A stretch of DNA of 57,208 nt, counting the filler, from Sphacelaria rigidula (taxonomy: Eukaryota), in NCBI GenBank assembly GCA_964200075.2. It is 4 parts of 4 records of this genome, joined end to end, with 100 filler letters (N's around TTAATTAATTAA, not from the genome) between each part and the next. Parts side by side here need not be neighbours in the genome. Positions count along the whole stretch, not along the records: positions 42,984 to 57,208 come from CAXNAA020002371.1; 3 more parts are not named here. One strand, given 5' to 3'. A model generated the notes under the pieces. It made no database searches, was not told where the DNA came from, and was given only the letters and a program-made list of their open reading frames with translations. Position numbers and translations under genes: made by a program. Below, piece by piece: positions 49,407 through 57,208 of this stretch; position 1 is the first letter of the stretch, and every line of letters begins with the position of its first letter.

Positions 49407-49875
49407 AGCGTTTCACGACCGGGGCCTTTATGACGCCGCCCAGAAATGGGCGCATCGGGTGCCCGGGAGGGAAAAGTACACAGGAGCGGAAAGTGGGCAC
49501 TTGCTTGCTAGCGCGGGTGCCGTGGCAGGGACGGACCGGCGGGGCGTGATAGGGTTCGGAGTTACACACGCACGCCACGGCGGGAATCATCATCACACTA
49601 ACAACGGTGTTGGCGGGGGTGGGGGGAGTCAATACGGTTACGGTAATTCCAGTGACAACCGCCAACAGATAAGACGAGCTGCGGATGGGGGCAACGGACA
49701 ACGGGACAGCTTGGATGTGGGACGGTGGGCGAATCGTGCTCCAGCTAGTGCTGGTGCGGAGGGCGGTGCCGCGACGGCAGCGGGAGAGCCTGTAGGTGTG
49801 GCGAGCGGTAGCGAGGGGACGAGGACATCGGAGGTGTCAGGCGGTGGCGCGGGTGGGGCGGCGGGAAGTGTTTAG
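49407..49875 (+). CDS. Putative terminal exon, Gly/Ala-rich, unidentified gene
   Basis: cag|A GCG TTT CAC... open to TAG 49873-49875; low-complexity composition typical of algal C-terminal exons; pyrimidine-rich upstream sequence. Confidence 0.45.
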
Positions 49876-51304
49876 TTTTTCTTTGTCGGAAATTCTTTAG
49901 GCGGCGGGGTAGGCGTGGAGGGGGACGAGGGGAGATTTTTTGTCGGATGGTTCATCGATTTCGGCTTTGTAGGTTTATGATGGCGTGCCTGTGCGGAGGG
50001 GTGACTGTACGTTCCTCGTCTGTTGTAGTACCTGTGTTCTTACTTTAACGGTTTGCTGCTACTGGTGTATCTTTTGCGGGGCACGCGACGGGGCGAGCTT
50101 CTCCTGTTCTGAGTTGGTTGGTTGATAAGAAGGATGAGGAGGGATGGGGAGGGGGAGGCGCCATGACGATGCCTTTTGCTATGGGAATCGACATGACGGA
50201 GGAAATGAGGGGGGGGGGGGGGGGGGGATTTTGGAAAAACCCGGTGCGGCTGAAAAAAACAGGAGACGGTGGGGTGAGCTGTTTGCTCTAATAAANNNNN
50301 NNNNNGTGGGTGTGGGTGGGTGGGTTTGTTTGTGGAAGATGGAAGAGGGGGAAAGGGGAAGAATGGGGGTGTGGGGAGGGTGGGAGATTTTCGAAAGAAC
50401 CGGTACGGCTGAAAAAAACTGACGACGTTGCGATGAGCTCTTGACTGTAATAAAAAGGTCCTGCATCAGCAGCCTGGTGTTCTTGAGTTTGTAGCACTCC
50501 ATTTGCACGCCCGCTCTGACTTGGCTGGTCGAAGTGAGTCCTGACGGTGAGGCTCTCTAGCTGAGCCCATCGTACCCCTCCCTCAGTTTGCTACTGTTTG
50601 AAAAGAGTGCTGAGAGGGTGACGTTCTGCAGCTACAGTATCCAAGCCACGCCACACCCCGCTCAAATCGCTCTTAAGCGACGTCCCTCACGCAATGAAGA
50701 CGGCCTGGTCATGGCCTGGATGGGCCGATTGAACTCGCTCCCGACCGCCATCTGCTCTTCCTCCAGCGAGGTAGCCCGCACAACGCACCCTCGATGACAC
50801 CGTCACACAATGTCGTCACTCTCCTGTCCACCCCGTCTGCACTGCTTCCTTGTTTGGTTAGGCACAATGATGAATGAGCGCCTCGTGTGTCAGTGCGCAG
50901 TTGTTTCGCAAGTGAGAGATGGGTGGTCGAGATCGCCCAGCTGCAGCTTTCCCGCTGTGTGTGAACTCCATTATGAGTGGACGTTGAAAATAGAAGATTC
51001 CTCTGAGGCCCTTAAGGCTGAAACGGCGTATACTGAATCGAAATTCCAAAAGTGTCCTGTCCTGTCCTGTCCTGTCCTATCCGTCCGGGCCTCATCACGA
51101 AGCTCCGAACCACGCACTTTTTTTCCCGAATTGATTCGAAGCCGCGCTGCGCGAAAAAACCATCAAATCGCTCTCCCAACATCAATCGAGATGCCCTCAA
51201 CTCTGTCGTCGTTCTTTAATACCCGGCGGGGGGATGGGGAAGCCCTTCCTCAGCTCCTTAGAGTCCTTCAAATTGTGTAGAATTAGTTGAGAAAATTGAA
51301 GTGT

Positions 51305-52030
51305 TCAGTTTTCACACCCGTTGTGGATTTCCGTGCATGTTGTTACGGTGACTGTGCAGACGACAGTCAGTGCAGTAGAGCAACGAAAGCTAGCTATGAT
51401 CAGGTTTACCTGCCGTATTGCCGCCAGCATTGCTTGGAAGCCAAAAGACCTTTGCGGTCGGCGGTTGATGGCGTGGGTGTCAAATGCAACGACAAATGGG
51501 TAATCATGGAGCACTCTTGTTCCCCGTGGAACATATCTCGCCCCAGCTTGTAACACATGTAACCTCCTCACATCGGAATTCTGGAAAGCTACTGTACCGT
51601 GGTGTTCGCGCAGCGGGTGTGTGCTCCAGTTCGCAGCATGAAGGCACCTACGCGCCACACTAGCAACAGTTAGGTCACCACGATAGGTATCTTTTTTCAC
51701 TCCGCATGACAAGAAGGTCTCCGCAAGTGTTTGATCTCTCATACACCCTCCAACTGGCGTGTGGCACGCTTGTCGTCGGGCACACAGCGGGTCACATGTC
51801 GGGTTAAACCAACGATGAATAACTCCCCGAGTTCCGATTGGATCTGTTATTGCCGCAGCACCGTCCTTGCTGGCATATGTGTGACAGAGAACAGTAGCGG
51901 TGACGGGAACATCGCCCTGTTTTTCAAAGACGTGTTCTGCAGCACACAGAGGCGCGTCCTGTCCAATAAGAGAGGCAGAGAGAAATAGATCTTCGCATTG
52001 GTGAGCTCCACAGACAAGAAGAGACGACAT
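51305..52030 (-). repeat. Unclassified repeat carrying a 241-codon open frame; second diverged copy at 56660-57208
   Basis: GTAGAGCAACGAAAGCTAGCTATGATC at about 51375 and 56665, collinear for more than 500 bp. Confidence 0.75.
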
Positions 52031-53089
52031 CCCTCCGCACCTCGATGTTCTTTGGGGGGCTGTGCAGCAATATCAACATACCTACCGGCACATGAGAAAT
52101 TGGGTACTAGCTGGTAGCATGTATGATGGTAGTCTCTCGAGCGATTGGTGATCGCCGAGCGAGGACACGCAAAAGACACGGGCTAGGAGCTTGCTCTCTA
52201 CCGTTGCTTCTCTCTCCGGTGATATCGTCATCGACACGCGTGTACACCGCATTCGTTCGGTGCACCTAGCTACAACTGCTTCACTGCGGCAGACGTTTGG
52301 GGGGGGGAGCTGGTTTCGCTCGGTGCAAGTGGTTCGCGTCATCCCTGCAAAAAAGATACGCCACTTGAAGCCTGTTTTAGAGACCAACACCGAAAATCAG
52401 AATCCGCTGTTGAGTGTTGTTCCCGTCGACAGGAATAGTATCACTGCATTGCGTTGCTTCGAACACGCATGGTATTTTGTTGTTTCATCCTCTATTGCAG
52501 GACTCCATGCGCTCTCTCAATTCTTCCTGTTAGAGACACGAAGAACGGAAACAAAAACGGGTCATCTCGGCGCACCCTCGCAGCGCCGGTTATATTAGCA
52601 CAGCACTATGGTACGTAAGAGCAGCACATGACGGACTCGAGAGATGCCTTCACACAAAAAGCTCGGTCCAACATGGACCTGCGCTACCCCATGAAGTCGC
52701 GGATGCCACCCTGGCGTGCCTTCCTGGAGATGTGGAAACTCATCCACGACGTGCGGAGCACTCTGATTTAAGGCCAATTTCGACTCAGGCAGGGATACCG
52801 ACCTTAAATCGGTAGAAGGTGTGACGAGGGCATATAGGCGGCCTTGAATGTACAATGACCTAGAATAAAGCGGCCTTGAATGGAGTCACCTACTGTAAAA
52901 TAAAATTAAATGAATGTGAAAAATATAGCAAAAAATATATGAATAAACAAACAAACGATGAAATGCAAAAAATAGAAGGGAAAAGAGGGGAAAATGAAGA
53001 TGAGGTGAAAGGAAATAAAAATTCAACACAATACGGAAATGAGTAAAGGAAATAGGAAGAAAATAAAAGAAGATATAATACATATTTTT

Positions 53090-53715
53090 GTGCGTGCGGT
53101 CATTATTTCATCTATCCTGGACGCCAGTCTACATCTCCAAGTATATGTGGGCGCGTCAGCCGGGGTCCAACAGCAGGAGGAAGAAGGGCAACACAGGAGG
53201 TTCTTTTTTATTTCGTTTTAGTACTCCACTTTCCTTCTGTGGTGCTCTGCGGTGCTTGCTTGTTTTATATCGCCAGAAGGCTTCAGTGGTCCCTTTCCCT
53301 CGTCGACCGTGAAGTCATCTTTTGTGTACTCACGACGCAGTCGCTCTGCACTGTTGGGCATGGTGTGAGACTTACTCCCAGATCGCGTGACTTCATCGAG
53401 ATTCGAATCCACCAAGGGTCGGACGGGTGAATGGTTTGTCGGGACATTACTTGATTCGTACCGTACGAATCAATCCTTCGGCTTTGTTTTCACCATTGCA
53501 ACCCAGGTACGCGCACTGCAGGCACGTGGAATTCCGCAAAGGTTACGTGGAGACATGTTTGACCAGCGGTTAACTTTTCTTCTCCCTTTCCAGCGACGAG
53601 GCCTGAAAGATCATGGATTTGGCCATCCGAACCGGCGATGATTCGTCCGAACCGTGGAACCCACGACCCAGCCGTCAAATTTTTTCGAGGTTACCAACTG
53701 AGCCGCCGGGGCGAC
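53090..53715 (-). mobile_element. Candidate tRNA-derived SINE
   Basis: Minus-strand head GTCGCCCCGGCGGCTCAGTTGGTAACCTCG with A-box-like GGCTCAGTTGG and a degenerate GGTTC B-box about 40 nt downstream; no complete cloverleaf; 3' boundary approximate. Confidence 0.5.
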
Positions 53716-54608
53716 TGGCCCTAAACAATATTAACCAAATAGACCAATTAATCGGACAATAAATAAAAATACAGTGTGAGCAGAAGATAATACATGAGAT
53801 GAGATGAGGTTAATAAAAATAGATACTTGAAGCAGTAAATACACAGTGAATGAATAAAACGGAAACCAAGGCTCACTTTGGTGTTGCTTTTTTTTGGTTG
53901 GTGACATTTACCACGGTATCCAGACATCACGTAATAAACAGTAAGTAAATTTAGGATGGTACCTAATCACCCTGCCACTCATCGGTAAAGGAACCAGTCA
54001 CCTCCAGGAGAATGTCCTCGAAAACGAATCAACTGTATCCCATTCTAAACCCAGTCTCGTTCCGAAAATCGATCGCATACTGAATTATTTGGCGCACTGT
54101 GCACACTACCACCGTTGCAGGCTTACGAGTCCTCCTTCCGTTGCTACCGATTTGCACAAGCTTAAATGTAACTTGTAGTTATTTGTTTGCAACCTCTTTT
54201 CGAGCGCTGCCTCCGTAGGGGATGGTCTTGGTTGGGGATCATCTCCAACACGACCATCAAATAGCCCGAAGCCTAACCACAGCAGAGCATGCAGGTGTTT
54301 CCAACAAGTAGGTGCTTACCACGTGTTTGGGGGGTATCGTGCATTGATTGTTCACATGATTTGAGCGGGTAAAGGCAGAAGGAAGAAAATGCAAACTGAA
54401 AAAAAAATTGACCGTCCGGGCCGTAAAGCACCGATCATCTACAGAATCCTGCCGACTTTGACACCATCCCAGACTGTCGCTCCCTGTAGTCACTTCCTCT
54501 GCGCAGCGGTTATAGCACTGCTATCAACAAGCTCTTGTCAAGCGCTGTCACCGAGGGCAGCAGCAGCAGCCACATCACACGAGCTTTTGTTTTCCGCGAC
54601 AACAATTC

Positions 54609-55150
54609 CAGGGGTCTACACTTTAAACGTGTCACAAAGTCACACGTTACGTTCACGTTACGTTTTGGCCGAAACGTAACGCGGAGGTTAATTTTTTTCC
54701 ACGTGCCAAACGAAACGTTCCCGTACCGTTGAATTTTCAAAGGGAACGTTCACGTCACGTTAAAACAAAATAACGTTCCAAACGAGAAGCAACGTGAACG
54801 TTAAATTGTCCAAACGTTCAAAATACGCAATACGAAAAGTTTCATGGAACGTGTAACGACGCCTATTACATGTTACACATGCATTAGACGTTTTATCTTA
54901 CATGAAACGTCATAAACACGTTACATGAAGCGGTGCACACTTGAAGTTTGTATTGAATTTTGAAATCCTAGAAGATTGTGCTTCAGTAAACCAGGGCTAT
55001 ACACGTTACATGTGCATTAGACGTTTCACGTTACGTTCACATTGCGTTTTGGCCGAAACGTAACGTGAACGTTAATTTTTTTTCACGTGATGAAGGTAAC
55101 ATAACGTGAACGTTAAATTCACAAATGAAAAAATCTATCTTTCCGTGAAC
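54609..55150 (+). mobile_element. Two head-to-tail hAT-type termini with ACGT arrays
   Basis: CAGGGGTCTACAC (54609) and CAGGGCTATACACG (54992); reverse-complement homology to 24850-25260; further motif patches at about 55590-55700 and 56180-56290. Confidence 0.72.
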
Positions 55151-56659
55151 AGTAAAACAACATCTTGTCAAGCTAGATAACTGCACTCATTGCCTGGACT
55201 GCGGTGTAAACCTGTCATACATGCATACATATACGCAAACATGCGTACGTCTGCCTTTGACGGCCGTGATGAACTATCTTATTTGTCCATGTATACATGT
55301 GTACATATACAGAACCAAGAGTACCCAATATAGTTTTGTCTGCGAAATGCCAGGACGACACAAGCCGGCGTTTAATCATGTTCACGATCTGTTGTGTGTA
55401 CAGGATGTGCTGTCATGTGAATGACCAGGCACTTGAAAATTGAAAAATAAAAACAAAAGGTGAAAAGAAAAGAAGAGATATGAAAATATTAAGATCAATA
55501 ACGAATTAACGATACACTGAAGAGGGAGTAACGTTACACAATCAGATAATGCGCCTACGCTCAAACATACGACGGGCCACCGTCAGCGTCACGTACACGG
55601 TAACGTCACGTGTTACACGACACGTTACAACGCCTTAAACACTAGTGAATGGGCCACGACAAGCACAGAATGAAATGTTACGTTCGAATGTTACACGTGT
55701 CAACGAAATATCATGAGGAGCATAGTAGCCTGTTGACATGCCGCCTCAGACCCGTTGATGAGCCCGGCTTTATATTTCACCCCAGGCTAGTTTAAGACTG
55801 CAGGTCTGTTTAGAGATGGTCAGATACGAGTGTGAACTTGTATACAGCAGGGATAGTAATATGGAGTGCTTGGGTGTGTCGTGCCAAACCCAAGCACTGC
55901 ACCCCTCTCCCAGCGAGGAAGTCTAACATCGGTGAGACTGATTGAAGCGTGAGAAATTGGATACTGTGAGGGTTGAGATAAAGTAATCAAGAAGAGATAT
56001 TATTTACCTACGCGTGACATTCTGATACCTTTGACACATCTGTGTGAGGGTGGTACGCGGTGTGGGCATATACTGCATAGTACCTGTGCCTATTGTGCGG
56101 CTTGGTTATCCAGCCTGTTGACTGGCCCCTCGCCTTGACCAGTGAGCCTGTGCTTGCCATACACACAGCACAAACCCATTACAGAAACGTTATATTAGAC
56201 GTTACACATTCCATAAACCGTTTCATATCACGTTACATGTACCGAAACGTGACGTTGAATTTGTTTAACGTGCCGAACGAAACGTGAACCTGCTAACCCT
56301 AGGCCAGGTATTCATGAAAGACTGTAAGGGTTTTTCAACCGCATATAACACTGATGGGGGTACGGAGAGTTTTTTTTCCATAAAAACACGTGTTTTCCAA
56401 CCTGCAAAGCGTTTCATGCGTATTAGTTTCTGATGCGAACGGTGAATTGTCTATTTCTGTTCCGTTCTCCACGGACTGCCTGTTGCCAATACCAGAATCA
56501 TTTGGTATTGCTGTTCGACGGTATCTTCGCGTGTTTAGCCGGACCCGAGGCGGCCACCTTCCCTCAGGTTTTGAGAGTCGTTTCAATTGGGGGGATGCAG
56601 TTGAGAAAAATCAAACCGTTTAGCTTTCATACCTGTTGCGAACTTCGGTCGGGAGTAAG

Positions 56660-57208
56660 TACGGTAGAGCAACGAAAGCTAGCTATGATCGGGTTTGCCT
56701 GCCGTACTACCGACAGCGTTGCGTGAAAGCCACAAGACCTTCGCTGTCGGCGATTGATGGCGTGGGTCTCAAATGCAACGACAAGTGGTTGATCGTAGAG
56801 CACTCTCGTCCCAGCTTGTAGTACATGATTTCCTCACATCGGAATAATGCTGGAAAGCTACTCGTACTGTACCGAGGTGTTCACGCGACCAGCGTGTGCT
56901 CCAGATTGCGGCATGGACGGACTCCAATGCGCCGCACGAGCAACAGTTAGGTCACCACCATAGGTATCTTTTTTCACTCCGCATGTCAAGAAGGTCTCTA
57001 CAAGTGTTTGATCTTTCATACACCCCCCTCGACTGGCGTGTGGCACGCTGTTCTCGTCAGGCACCCAGAGGGTCAGATCTGGGTAAAATCAACGATGAAT
57101 AACACCCCCCAACTTCAAATTGAATCTAGTTGTTATGGCCGCACCACCTCTCTTGCTGGCATGTGTGTGACAGAGAACAGTGGTAGCGGTGACGGGAACA
57201 TTGCCCTG
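56660..57208 (-). repeat. Second, frameshifted copy of the 51370-51920 repeat (runs off the window)
   Basis: GGCMKDQTLVETFLTCGVKKDTYGGDLTVA vs GGCMRDQTLAETFLSCGVKKDTYRGDLTVA. Confidence 0.8.

Noticed and set aside
50209..50420. Direct repeat GATTTT.GAAA.A.CCGGT.CGGCTGAAAAAAAC
   Set aside because: Flanks a 10-N gap and G-rich low-quality sequence; likely a scaffolding overlap.
50423..50790. Two minus-strand exon candidates (about 50790-50691 and 50540-50425), plus 52679-52842
   Set aside because: Plausible splice sites but ambiguous frame and no recognisable protein; insufficient support.
53640..53715. Functional tRNA gene
   Set aside because: A-box-like motif present, but no acceptor stem or intact T-arm; treated as a SINE head.

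Overview
Eukaryotic, repeat-rich DNA, most likely from a brown alga or other stramenopile. That assignment is inferred from the short GT-AG exons, the homoserine kinase sequence, the (CCCTAA)n motifs and the TE types. The window is not contiguous. It is four length-sorted contigs of about 14.2 kb (1-14229, 14330-28556, 28657-42883, 42984-57208) joined by artificial N44-TTAATTAATTAA-N44 spacers. The only confidently identified host gene is a partial spliced homoserine kinase (six minus-strand exons, 1683-13534). Its 8.6-kb intron holds a 6.0-kb TA-flanked IS630/Tc1/mariner-type element with a very long catalytic spacing (about DD226E). That element also appears to carry a divergently oriented, decayed Ulp1/SENP-like protease gene, which is the best candidate for a novel system here. 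The rest is degenerate mobile DNA: several Ty3/Gypsy remnants, a two-LTR deletion derivative, an intron-containing hAT transposase, a 5'-truncated LINE, a tRNA-headed SINE candidate and at least seven MITE/non-autonomous families. One of these MITE families encloses telomere-like repeats. All assignments come from reading motifs by eye; no searches were run.
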